Source: a virus (taxonomy: Duplodnaviria; Caudoviricetes). From it: 64,000 nt of DNA. Positions 36,229-45,575 of the stretch are shown here, one piece after another. Below the pieces are notes generated by a model that ran no database searches, was not told where the DNA came from, and saw only the letters and a program-made list of their open reading frames with translations. Each line of letters begins with the position of its first letter. Within the stretch, counting starts at the first letter, position 1. The stretch is taken from IMG/VR virus record IMGVR_UViG_3300027374_000002, positions 20,097 to 84,096 of that record; one strand, written 5' to 3'. A program made the translations under genes and the position numbers.

Positions 36229-38131
36229 TAGGTATTACCTCCTGTGGCGTTATGCCAGTTAATTCTTGATTTATGTACGTTTGCAATTCCTCAAAGCCTG
36301 TCACTCGGATTTGCTTTCCGGTTTCAAATAATTGACCTTCCATTCGTATTTTCCAATCCGACTCGCTTTGATTTGCAAGCGCGGAGAGAGTCTGCTCGTG
36401 TAAATAGTACGGCTTACCGAAACTATCGGTCCACGCTTGCGGTATTGCACGGATGCGGTTGCGCGAGGGGGTATAAGGTTGGACTGTACCTTTGCCGCCA
36501 GCTTCGGTTGCTTCCTGGCTTGTTAAAACATAGGACTTGAAGAACGCTTCCGAATTGGTGGTATCAAAGATGTACGCGATTTCATTATCCTTTTCATATA
36601 GTGAACCGATGATGCGGTAACGGCAATCGGCGTTCCATCCGAAAAGCGAGAAGAGGGTGTCGTTGAAAGCGGCGGTTGATATCGGGCGAGAGTAGTATAC
36701 CTTCTCTGATATCTTCGAGCAGATGACAGCCTGACGGTTTGATTTGTCAGTTGTGCGAATGGCGAATTTCTTTTCTATCGGATTAATCAATAGTTCGATG
36801 TAATTTCTTTCGCCCAGCTTCCGGATGCACTCGGTGCTTAACTTGAGCTTTTTCTCTGCAAAGGTAATAGAGGGGCGGCGGACACTATCGAAGAATTCAG
36901 TGCGTGTTATTTCAAACCCGCGCATGTCAAAGTCTCCGGCTTCAACAGGTATCTTTATTTCCTGCGGGACTTGGGGTTCTGCGGGTTGCTCATTTTCCGG
37001 AGTGGTGTAAACGCTGTTCGCAGCTTCGAAATAGTCTATTTCCTTGAAGCCTGCCCAGCGGGGGTTGATAACAACAAAACCCTTTAATATGCCGCTGTCA
37101 ATTACGCGAAGTTCCGGAAGGAAGGATTTATTCCTGTATTTGGCATTATCCAGCATGCGCTGAACCGCAATGAAATCATCTCTTGATACAATGGCTTCAT
37201 GGTGCTTGTGGTATCTGCTTTGGGGACGGTCTCCGCGATTTTTTACAGACTTATGATCGCGGTAATTTGGCGTGAATGTTTTTCGGGTAAGAACATCGCC
37301 GCAGTGTCGCTCGTTGCGTAGGATTTGAACTACACCGCTTGAAGTCCACTTGTTTGTGTTTCCGAGATATGACTTTCTGCCGAGCGCGTTCAAAGTGTCC
37401 GCTATCTGCTGCGTTGAGTAACCATAAAGATACATATAAAATGTGAGCTTTACGGTGGGTGCTTCTTCTGGATTGATGATTAAATTCCCATCTTCATCGT
37501 GCGTATAACCGAGCAGCTTCGGAGTAAGGGGAATGCCATGGTCCAAGCGCATACGCAGAGAGGTTTCCATACTGCGGCTGCGGGTGTGTGATTCTTCCTC
37601 TGCCATAGTTGCTTGGAAGGACAGCGCCATTTGCGAATCGTCATTCAAAGAGAAGATGCATTCCGATTCAAAGAAAACTCCGACAGGGGGTTTCAATTCA
37701 GCAAGGTCGCGCGTAAGTCCGATGCAGTCAACCACGTTTCTGGCAAAACGCGAAACGCTTTTTGTAATGATAAGGTCAGCTTCGCCGGCTTTGCAGTCGG
37801 CAATCATCTGGTTGAAATTATCGCGGTGTAGGCGGGAGGTTCCGCTTATGCCTTCGTCTGCGTAAATTTTGATAAGAGTCCAGTGGGGGTGCTTCTGTAC
37901 GAATTCTTCATAGTATTGTCTTTGAAGCTCGAAGGAAGTGGTCTGCCGGACATCGTCTGTCGAAACGCGGACATAAATAACCACCCGCATAGGCGTATCG
38001 TTGTCATAATAGTCGACTCTTTTCCGCGCGGGTGTGAATTCGTAGTTCTCTTCATCAATTTCAAAGCGCATACGCTTTCGCGTTTTGGCTTTCTCGCGTT
38101 CCTTGGAAACGCGGCGTTCTTCATCAATCAT
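36221..38131 (-). CDS. Large serine recombinase with extra C-terminal domain
   Basis: VIYVRVST, TKSVSRFARN, recombinase domain; no Zn ribbon, extra domain in its place. Confidence 0.92.
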   Translation of the reverse strand: MIDEERRVSKEREKAKTRKRMRFEIDEENYEFTPARKRVDYYDNDTPMRVVIYVRVSTDDVRQTTSFELQRQYYEEFVQKHPHWTLIKIYADEGISGTSRLHRDNFNQMIADCKAGEADLIITKSVSRFARNVVDCIGLTRDLAELKPPVGVFFESECIFSLNDDSQMALSFQATMAEEESHTRSRSMETSLRMRLDHGIPLTPKLLGYTHDEDGNLIINPEEAPTVKLTFYMYLYGYSTQQIADTLNALGRKSYLGNTNKWTSSGVVQILRNERHCGDVLTRKTFTPNYRDHKSVKNRGDRPQSRYHKHHEAIVSRDDFIAVQRMLDNAKYRNKSFLPELRVIDSGILKGFVVINPRWAGFKEIDYFEAANSVYTTPENEQPAEPQVPQEIKIPVEAGDFDMRGFEITRTEFFDSVRRPSITFAEKKLKLSTECIRKLGERNYIELLINPIEKKFAIRTTDKSNRQAVICSKISEKVYYSRPISTAAFNDTLFSLFGWNADCRYRIIGSLYEKDNEIAYIFDTTNSEAFFKSYVLTSQEATEAGGKGTVQPYTPSRNRIRAIPQAWTDSFGKPYYLHEQTLSALANQSESDWKIRMEGQLFETGKQIRVTGFEELQTYINQELTGITPQEVIPND

Positions 38132-38777
38132 CGGAAGTTCCTTTTTCGGTTATATTTTCTGGGGTAGTATCTTCGGGCAGAACTTTCCAATCCGGTGAGG
38201 GAAGGAAGAAGGTGTCTTTCAGGTCATTCTGGTAATAAGAAGCCAGGGTGAAAATATCCTCCGAAATAAAATAAATCCCGATAGGAGGTGTGTGCGCTGC
38301 AAGCAGTCTGGCGCATAATGTAACCTCGTGCATTTTCTTAGAAACGTTCGAGACCTTCTGGGTTATAATTAAATCGATCTTGCCTTCCATTGCATCGTTT
38401 AATAAACGACTCCATTCGGAAGCGGATTCCATGTTGGGGGCGGTTGCGCCTTCGTCAATATAGAAATCAATGAGCGTCCAATTCGGGCAGAGGTTGATTG
38501 TGTCTTTGAACTGTTGCTTATGAAATGCGAGGTAATCCTCGTACCGGGTTTGATTAAAATACCTAATATAAACGCCAACCTTGAATGGCGTTGCGGGGTT
38601 CGGGAATTCGTGGCGAATACTGTGGAACCAATTTTTATGGTCAGCAACCTTCTGTGCGTGTTCGGAGTTGGTGCCGAAAATTGAAAGCTGCTGGGGCGCG
38701 TTTGCTATTTCCTGAAACTTATTTATAATGTCTATTTCGTTGGGCATAAAAATCCTCAAGGCATAATTATGTGACAA
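38124..38777 (-). CDS. Resolvase-domain protein lacking the catalytic Ser
   Basis: VGVYIRYFN; FYIDEG; KIDLIITQKVSNVS. Confidence 0.8.
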   Translation of the reverse strand: MSHNYALRIFMPNEIDIINKFQEIANAPQQLSIFGTNSEHAQKVADHKNWFHSIRHEFPNPATPFKVGVYIRYFNQTRYEDYLAFHKQQFKDTINLCPNWTLIDFYIDEGATAPNMESASEWSRLLNDAMEGKIDLIITQKVSNVSKKMHEVTLCARLLAAHTPPIGIYFISEDIFTLASYYQNDLKDTFFLPSPDWKVLPEDTTPENITEKGTSDD

Positions 38778-38867
38778 TTATAGAGTCCCGCGCCGGAAAA
38801 AGGAATAAACCAGCGGTCAAGTAAATAACCACTGGTTTATGAAAAAGGCATCTTTTTTGAAATTAAT

Positions 38868-38900
38868 AAAAAAAGAGTGGAGCTGTCTCCACTCTTTCTT
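38868..38900. terminator. Hairpin/terminator after the XRE gene
   Basis: AAGAGTGGAG-CTGT-CTCCACTCTT with an A run on the left and TTCTT on the right. Confidence 0.7.
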
Positions 38901-38901
38901 G

Positions 38902-39261
38902 TTAGTCTTCTTTGTTTGTACGCATTGAGGTTTTGATTTCCTGAATGATTTTCAGGAGCGATTCAAGTTCCGCGGCGGTGCAGTCTTTGAAGATTTTTTC
39001 GAACTCACCTTGATAAATCGAATTGACGGTAGGAACGTTCGGACGAAGGATCTCATCAGCCGACACTCGGATTACCTCGATGATTTTGCAAAAGGTGAGA
39101 ATGCTCAGTTGCTTCTTGCCGCATTCAATATCGGAAAGGTGGGAAGCATTGAGGTTCGCAGAATAGGCAACATCCGCTTGCGTTAGCCCCGCGGCTTGCC
39201 TTGCTTCTCGGAGGCGATTTCCGATTTTTTTTAGTTTTTTTGATTCGATATTCTCTTCCAC
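38902..39261 (-). CDS. XRE-family HTH regulator
   Basis: IGNRLREARQAAGLTQADVA...HLSDIECG. Confidence 0.9.
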   Translation of the reverse strand: MEENIESKKLKKIGNRLREARQAAGLTQADVAYSANLNASHLSDIECGKKQLSILTFCKIIEVIRVSADEILRPNVPTVNSIYQGEFEKIFKDCTAAELESLLKIIQEIKTSMRTNKED

Positions 39262-39273
39262 GGTTGCACCTCC

Positions 39274-39358
39274 TTCGGCTATAGCTTATATTTTGACCTA
39301 ATTTTATCATCTATAGCCGAAATTCAAAATCAGCTATGGACGAGAATATCGGCTATGG
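39274..39358. promoter_or_regulatory. Operator-like repeats between the divergent XRE genes
   Basis: TTCGGCTATAG (39274-39284) / CTATAGCCGAA (39311-39321) perfect inverted repeat; TCGGCTATGG at 39349. Confidence 0.65.
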
Positions 39359-39398
39359 CATATAATTGAGTGGACTTTTTTTGGAGGAAAAACGAAAG

Positions 39399-39761
39399 AT
39401 GGCACTCAATTACATTTTACTTGGCAAGCGTGTGAGGGACCTTCGCGTTAAGCGTAAGATGTCCCAGGCAGAACTCTCAGAGCTTATTGAAAAGTCCCCG
39501 CCTTATGTCAGCTACATAGAGAGCGGAATTAAAAGCCCCAGCCTGGACACGCTCATTTTGCTTGCGAATGCTCTGGGCGTTACTGCTGATATGCTTTTGG
39601 CAGAGAGCCTGGATAACCACCTGATGGTGGATGTGGGGGAATACGCTGAATTGCTCAATGACTGCTCCCCATATGAGCGGAGGGTTTTGATTGAAAATGC
39701 GCGGGCGCTGAAAAAGACGATGCGTGAATACCACTTTTTGTCAAAGCGCAAGAACCGGTAA
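39399..39761 (+). CDS. XRE-family HTH regulator
   Basis: LGKRVRDLRVKRKMSQAELSE...YVSYIESG. Confidence 0.9.
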   Translation: MALNYILLGKRVRDLRVKRKMSQAELSELIEKSPPYVSYIESGIKSPSLDTLILLANALGVTADMLLAESLDNHLMVDVGEYAELLNDCSPYERRVLIENARALKKTMREYHFLSKRKNR

Positions 39762-39949
39762 TTATATTTTATATTCCAGAGCAGAGCGGCGCAATAGACC
39801 GACAGTTATGAAAATGACTGCCGGTTAAAGCGCTGCCTTTTTTACATTTTTGCGATTTCCGATTACATTTTCCAAAGCGCCAACTTTTCTATTTTAGAGT
39901 ATGGTATAATTTCACCGGAAATATAGCAGCTTCGGCGGTTAAGAGGTAA

Positions 39950-40249
39950 ATGGAAAATATAACATTAGAATATTTATTGCAGAAGCACTTCGGTTTGAAA
40001 GGAAACCTTTATCTTAAAAAACCCGAAGTTGTGGGTTATGTAGGAGGGAACCGCAGCCGGGGTGATTATGATCCACCTTCGCCTGAATATCGGTATTTTA
40101 CGAAAGCGGGGTGCAGAGCATACGCCCGGTTCACCGATTTTATATTCGATTTTTCCAAGCATGTGCGTTTGCATATGAGCGAAGAGCTGGGAAAAGAAAT
40201 CACAAGGTTGGTGGACCTATTTGACAATTACGAATACTGCTCGGAATAG
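39950..40249 (+). CDS. Hypothetical protein
   Basis: 99 aa; RBS GAGG; extended -10 TGGTATAAT upstream. Confidence 0.65.
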   Translation: MENITLEYLLQKHFGLKGNLYLKKPEVVGYVGGNRSRGDYDPPSPEYRYFTKAGCRAYARFTDFIFDFSKHVRLHMSEELGKEITRLVDLFDNYEYCSE

Positions 40250-40888
40250 GTGGTGGCTATGTGGAAAGGGAAGAAGGTCCCCTGGTATTCTTTTGAGCTT
40301 GACGATTATTCTGCGCCAAGCTGCACTTCGTTTACAAAACTGTTCTTCGGCTCGGTTGAAGATTTCAAGAAGATGCTTGAAAATATTCCCGCCGGCAAAA
40401 TGGACGAATTAAAAAATACCTTTGAGCATTTTGAAGCGGGGGAAAGAAGAATAACTCATTATGCGGGCTACATTAAAACTCGGTTCGCAATTTCGGTTCA
40501 GGTTCTGGACGAGAAATCGTTTGATTTGGAAGACGTGAATTATCTTTACGAGAACTCGTATGGCTTTTATTATCGGGTTCGTTTTTCGCGTGCTTCCGGG
40601 ACAGCCTATTTGCTGAAAAGGAATAAAATGTTTTACATTGCGTACCGCGTTAAAATTGAGAACGCGGAATATCGTGGTACGCAAAATCCAGACGAACGGT
40701 GGCACCCGCTTGGCGATATGATTTGGGGGCATCCGGGGGTGTTAAAGTTAGAGGCTAAATCGCTCAAAAACACTCTCGCCTTAATCGAGTCGAGCTTTGA
40801 AAACGAGCAGGTTGCAAGGGCAAGATTTGACGATTTGTCTTTGTGTGACTGGTCATCATTTTTTGAAGAGGTATTTGGTGATGGTTGA
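40250..40888 (+). CDS. Hypothetical protein
   Basis: 212-aa ORF in a tightly packed operon. Confidence 0.7.
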   Translation: MVAMWKGKKVPWYSFELDDYSAPSCTSFTKLFFGSVEDFKKMLENIPAGKMDELKNTFEHFEAGERRITHYAGYIKTRFAISVQVLDEKSFDLEDVNYLYENSYGFYYRVRFSRASGTAYLLKRNKMFYIAYRVKIENAEYRGTQNPDERWHPLGDMIWGHPGVLKLEAKSLKNTLALIESSFENEQVARARFDDLSLCDWSSFFEEVFGDG

Positions 40889-41213
40889 AAAACAAGAAGA
40901 AGCAAAAAAGTATCCGGTAGTGCTTGAATTAGACGGAATTTATTATCGAGTTTGTCGTGACGAAAAATGGCAAAATAGATGCTTCTCGGACCTGACTAAA
41001 ACAGAACAAGAAGCGTTTATGTCCACGCTCTCTCCGGAAGGATTGAAGCGAATTTGTCTCGTCTTGTCGGAAAGTTTAAGGACGGTTGCTTCGGTGGCTT
41101 TGAGTCTCGAAATGCAGATGGAAATTAATAAAGGGTTGGAGCAGGCGAGAGCCGGAAATTTTATTCCCGCGGAAGAGGTGTTTGCCGAATTCAAAAGGAA
41201 GTATGGATTATGA
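40881..41213 (+). CDS. Hypothetical protein with antitoxin-like C-terminus
   Basis: ATG at 40881; ends EINKGLEQARAGNFIPAEEVFAEFKRKYGL. Confidence 0.6.
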   Translation: MVEKQEEAKKYPVVLELDGIYYRVCRDEKWQNRCFSDLTKTEQEAFMSTLSPEGLKRICLVLSESLRTVASVALSLEMQMEINKGLEQARAGNFIPAEEVFAEFKRKYGL

Positions 41214-42268
41214 AAAAGAGAATTAAAGGACATTTATATTTTTTGCAGGACTTGAGACGAGTGAAAGGTGTCTATCGGTATGTGGGAACGGACGATGGAA
41301 CGCTGTTCTCTGCGAATTATGGAAGAACAAAAATCTATGCATCGGAACTGCCAGAGTGGTTTGTGTATGGTCGCTTTTATAAGCGGTTCGGCTACCTTTC
41401 TACCAAGGGCATCAAGGCTGTAAGGTATGTTCCGAATTGGCATTCAAATCACTTCTTAAAGGATGACCACTTGCAGATTTCGTATGATAAGACCGAGAGC
41501 GAGCTGGGGGATTATTGGGAAGATACAACTTGGGTTTGGGGTTCGGAAATTTTGGATGTTCTTAAGGGCGCACAGATATACTCGACTTATGACATTACCC
41601 CCATAATATGCCAGCTTAAAGAGAAAGTAGAGTGGTTGCGGAAAGCTCACCCGGAGGAGTTTAGTGAGGAAAAGTGGCGCTTTGATTTAGAAAAGTGGAA
41701 GAAAGAACCTCTTAAAAACGGATTGCCCCCCAGATATGCTGCGGTTTTAATTAATTCTTGCTTTTGGGGTGCGAAAAAGGAAACCTTGTATGGCAGCGAA
41801 GATGAAATAAAGAAATTCATAGAAAATCTGCCAAGTAATTATGGCAACCCGGAAGAAACCATTCAAGAACTTCAGTACATAAAAAAATCATTTGATTACC
41901 TGGAGGGTTTTGAATTAGAGAGTGTGAATTCCCAGGGCGAGCCATACGAATTACAGTTTTATTCTTCATTGCTTTCGCAAATTCTGTTGCGGGACGGTGA
42001 CAAATATGAGTTGTGTGCTTCGGCAGAAATTATTCGGTTTAAATATCGAAAGAAAGGATGTCAGCTCTGGACTGAATCCAATGACCTGAACACAAATCCA
42101 ATCGTTGAAAAAGCGAACCCGGAAGGAACGAACTTCAAGACAAAAGCGTTCATTAGGGTGAAAACCTATGACTCGGCAAAAGAGGCTGTTTCAGAAATGT
42201 GGGATTCAATTCCGGCAATGACGACAGTGGTGAAGTATATTTTTGGGGCGATAATTAATGAGGGGTAA
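41210..42268 (+). CDS. Hypothetical protein
   Basis: 352 aa; ATGA overlap with the upstream gene. Confidence 0.7.
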   Translation: MKKRIKGHLYFLQDLRRVKGVYRYVGTDDGTLFSANYGRTKIYASELPEWFVYGRFYKRFGYLSTKGIKAVRYVPNWHSNHFLKDDHLQISYDKTESELGDYWEDTTWVWGSEILDVLKGAQIYSTYDITPIICQLKEKVEWLRKAHPEEFSEEKWRFDLEKWKKEPLKNGLPPRYAAVLINSCFWGAKKETLYGSEDEIKKFIENLPSNYGNPEETIQELQYIKKSFDYLEGFELESVNSQGEPYELQFYSSLLSQILLRDGDKYELCASAEIIRFKYRKKGCQLWTESNDLNTNPIVEKANPEGTNFKTKAFIRVKTYDSAKEAVSEMWDSIPAMTTVVKYIFGAIINEG

Positions 42269-42728
42269 AGACACAATCGAAGAAAATAAGGCTCTCATTG
42301 AAGAGTTTCCTTTTCTGCTGCCCCGAAACCGGTGGACAGACAAAGTGCCAGAAGATTATGATTTTTCGTACACCGAGCTGGACAATATGCCGGATGGTTG
42401 GCGGTCTGCTTTTGGCGTGCAGATGTGCAGAGAATTAAAAGAAATCCTGGTAAAAGCGGGGGCTTTGACAGACTATCGAATTACCGACATAAAGGAAAAG
42501 TACGGAACGCTTCGGTGGTATGAGAATGGGTTCCCGGTCAAGGCGCAAAGAGAGTACCTTGATTGGCAATCTAAATACTTGAACCTTTCTGAAAGAACCT
42601 GCATCAAATGCGGGGCAAAGGCAACCAAAATTTCCGTATGTTATATCTCACCTTATTGCAACAAGTGCGCCGGCGAGATGCCCTTTGTGAAGTTTGAAGA
42701 ATTGAAAAATAAAGGAAGGAAAAAATGA
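42258..42728 (+). CDS. Conserved phage-type hypothetical protein
   Basis: MPDGW...DIKEKYGTLRWY...SERTCIKCG pattern recalled from phage proteins. Confidence 0.7.
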   Translation: MRGKDTIEENKALIEEFPFLLPRNRWTDKVPEDYDFSYTELDNMPDGWRSAFGVQMCRELKEILVKAGALTDYRITDIKEKYGTLRWYENGFPVKAQREYLDWQSKYLNLSERTCIKCGAKATKISVCYISPYCNKCAGEMPFVKFEELKNKGRKK

Positions 42729-42904
42729 CTACTTTTGAACCCGAAAAACGGGATATAATTGACGAGCTGAACGAGCTTGTGCTTCGGGCAAATTGGGGAA
42801 CTGTTGACCGCATAGATGGGCAACCAAAAGGCGTGGTCATAATTCAAAAAGCCATTGATGAAATTATGCAATTGAGGAAGCTGAAGAGAGGAATAAAAGA
42901 ATGA
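42725..42904 (+). CDS. 59-aa hypothetical protein (not in the ORF track)
   Basis: Fills the gap exactly with 4-bp overlaps at both ends; RBS AAGGAAGG. Confidence 0.6.
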   Translation: MTTFEPEKRDIIDELNELVLRANWGTVDRIDGQPKGVVIIQKAIDEIMQLRKLKRGIKE

Positions 42905-43716
42905 AGTTTTATGTGGTTGCCGATGTTCATGGGTTCTACGACTTGATGATAAAGGCACTAACTGAAAAGGGATATTTCGAAGACACCGAGCCGCACAAGC
43001 TCGTGATTTGTGGTGACCTTTTTGACAGGGGTTCGCAGTCAAAAGAATTAGAAAAATTTGTGGTTGACTTGCTTGAAAAAGACGAAGTGATTTTAATTCG
43101 CGGAAACCATGAGGACCTGATGCTTGACTTGGTAAATAGGCTGGGTGAGTATGTTGTCAGGGGAATCGAACATACGCATCATTACAGAAATCGGACCGTC
43201 AGAACTTTGATGGATTTGACTCGATGCAGTCTTGGAAAAATAAAGCAGCAGCCCGATGTGGTCGCTGAAAAAATGAGAGCTACACCTTTCCTCAAAAAGA
43301 TAATTCCGGCGATGCTTGACTTCTATGAAACCAAGAGTTATATTTTCGTCCATGGATGGATTCCCTGTCACGCCAGCGGGTATGGAGGGGAAGCCGACTG
43401 GTTCAATTACCAGGAAAATTGGCGAGAAATGCCCAAGAGCGACTGGATGCTTGCACGCTGGTATAATGGAATGCTGGCTGCTTTCCAGGGGTGCTATGAA
43501 CCTGGAAAAACAATCGTCTGTGGACACTGGCACTGCGCCTTCGGGCATACTTATTTAGAGAAAAAAGACCTGACACCGGAAGAGATGCGGTCAAGGTCTT
43601 TTGAGAGAGATTGCACTCCGTATTACGGTGAAGGCGTGATTGCTATTGATGCAAGCACTGTCCTGAGCAGGTTTGTGAATTGCATCGTCCTTGAAGACGA
43701 AGAAATAAATCAATGA
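42901..43716 (+). CDS. Calcineurin-like metallophosphoesterase
   Basis: ADVHG, GDLFDRG, GNHED, VHG, GHWH. Confidence 0.9.
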   Translation: MKFYVVADVHGFYDLMIKALTEKGYFEDTEPHKLVICGDLFDRGSQSKELEKFVVDLLEKDEVILIRGNHEDLMLDLVNRLGEYVVRGIEHTHHYRNRTVRTLMDLTRCSLGKIKQQPDVVAEKMRATPFLKKIIPAMLDFYETKSYIFVHGWIPCHASGYGGEADWFNYQENWREMPKSDWMLARWYNGMLAAFQGCYEPGKTIVCGHWHCAFGHTYLEKKDLTPEEMRSRSFERDCTPYYGEGVIAIDASTVLSRFVNCIVLEDEEINQ

Positions 43717-43724
43717 GGTGAAAC

Positions 43725-43928
43725 ATGGAAAACTTAACACTTGAAAAAGTCAAGGCGGCAGAGGACTTTCTGAAAATTATGTTTGAGGTCAACCATTCAA
43801 TAAAGAAAGTTTCAAAAGAAGAAGTGAGCATCAAACTTGGTGGTCAGGAATTGAAGGTTCCGCTTAATTCGGAAACTTACCAAATTTTGTACGACGCAGT
43901 TCGGGGAATCGCGGGATATTCCGAATAA
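43725..43928 (+). CDS. Hypothetical protein
   Basis: 67 aa; RBS GAGGTG. Confidence 0.6.
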   Translation: MENLTLEKVKAAEDFLKIMFEVNHSIKKVSKEEVSIKLGGQELKVPLNSETYQILYDAVRGIAGYSE

Positions 43929-44100
43929 AAAAAGACAATCAGCCAGAGAGCTGGTGATTGTGTTTACGTTTTGCTGTACGCGCCGACACTTCGCCTGTGT
44001 GCCACTTCTTTCCAAAGTTCGAACAGGTGAGCGGGTTTTTGGAACTGCGGCTGTGTGGCGAAATGTGGCGGCTTTCGTTTGAAAAAGCCATAAAAATTGA

Positions 44101-44160
44101 ATTTGAACGGTGATGAGAGGTTTTGAACGGTCAGTGGTCGATTTGAACGGTCAGTGATTT
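44101..44160 (+). repeat. Three tandem 20-bp-period repeats
   Basis: TTTGAACGGT at 44102, 44122 and 44142; copies 2 and 3 share 15 bp. Confidence 0.85.
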
Positions 44161-44186
44161 TTGTATCAAAATCTCTCATCTTTCAC

Positions 44187-44227
44187 AAAAAACGGTGAAA
44201 AGTTTTAACGCTTTCCACCGTTTTTTC
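44187..44227. terminator. Bidirectional terminator
   Basis: AAAAAACGGTG...CACCGTTTTTT. Confidence 0.7.
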
Positions 44228-44363
44228 TTTGATTTTCTGTTATAAATTCCCATTTGCAACTATTTGCTACCGATTTTGGACTGTTTTTGCATAAAAATAC
44301 ACCGTCTGCATTAGAAGCGCAAACGGTGTAAAAAAATTTGTTACTTGCCAGATATAGTCATAT

Positions 44364-45575
44364 TTAAAATTCATAATTCACTAATTCAATTTCGTTGAAA
44401 TAGAAATCTTCTGAATATGTAGTATATCCGCGGTTGACTTTCGAGCTTTCGACTTCCTTATCTTCCGTATGCCCCGACCAGAGCATAACCAATTCGAGGC
44501 TGCATCTGCATTCCTTGCAACGGCTTATAAAGGTATATCTGAGTTCGTGCAAACGGCGTTTAGGGAAAATCATTTTGAAAACGTTGTCAATGTACCTGTA
44601 ATGTACCGTCTTTGCTTTTTCAAAATCAATGTAGGGCAAAACTTTACGGAGCATAGGCGAAATAGGAATTTGACGGTGAACGTCGGGAAGGCCTTGACGG
44701 GTTTTCTCTGTAATGCAGTCAATATAATCGTGTTTGCCCTGAACGTATGAAATAGCTTTCAGTTCGCCAACACGCATACCCGTTTAAAGCAGTAATAAAA
44801 TCGCGGGTACCGCTTTTAAATGACTGTTAGCAATACAGAAGTCAACAATTTTTCTTTCTTCGGCATAAGTGAACGCTTCGCCTTTTTCAACTTTATATCG
44901 AGGTAAAACGACCTTTAAAAGAGGATTTTTAATATTGTAATCGTCGCAGGCGATTTTATAACTTGCGCCGAGCTGTTGTTTTACCTTCTTTGCTGTTCGG
45001 TTTTTGCCTTCTTCGGTAAGCAAGAAAATATAATTCTGAATATCATTTCTTGTTAATTCGTCTAAGTGTAACTGCCCAAACGCCGGAATTATATGTGTGC
45101 GCCACGTTGAAACATAGCCGTTATAGGTGCTTTCCTTTGTTATAGGTTTAATAATATTAAGCCAAGTAATAGAGAAGTCTTTTATTAAAGGCACCTTGCT
45201 CTGCATAGCTTTTTCCTGCTCCCTGAGCTTATCAAGGAATTTCTGTTTTAATTCCTTTTGGCTTTTGGAAGCAACGTTGATATGGAAACCGTCACGGTTA
45301 TATCTGATTTGGTACATTCCCCGTAATTCAGTGCAGGGCAGTACTCTACCATTTATCGTAATAAATTGTTTTATGCTTTCAGGCATATCTTCTATCTCCT
45401 GTTTGGTAAATTTAATAAACTTTTTGTCGGAAAGATCCGCGGGCTGAACTTTATTCTTTACAGCTTTTAAGGCAGCCGAATCCGCCACTAACTGTAATAC
45501 AGAAGCGGTTAAATCGGCTGAGTCAGGTGATGACTGTATTAAATTGAGTAAAGCATTCAATTCAGTGTTGTTCAT
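44364..45575 (-). pseudogene. Tyrosine integrase interrupted by one in-frame TAA
   Basis: Reads ...AILLLL-TAA(44784-44786)-TGMRVGEL... in one frame; HELR, WSGH and GY catalytic motifs lie downstream of the stop. Confidence 0.9.

Larger units (their letters stand above)
33026..39761 (-). mobile_element. Serine recombinase / ParB-fold module with divergent XRE pair
   Basis: Seven overlapping or abutting minus-strand genes plus regulators; ends not defined. Confidence 0.6.

Noticed and set aside
40881-41213. Type II toxin-antitoxin pair
   Set aside because: Only the C-terminus looks antitoxin-like, and no adjacent toxin motif was recognised.
44101-44160. Possible CRISPR array
   Set aside because: 20-bp period leaves no spacer-sized unique sequence, and no cas genes are present.
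44784-44786. Stop-codon recoding (TAA read as Tyr)
   Set aside because: TAA terminates many neighbouring genes normally; a point mutation or sequencing error is simpler.
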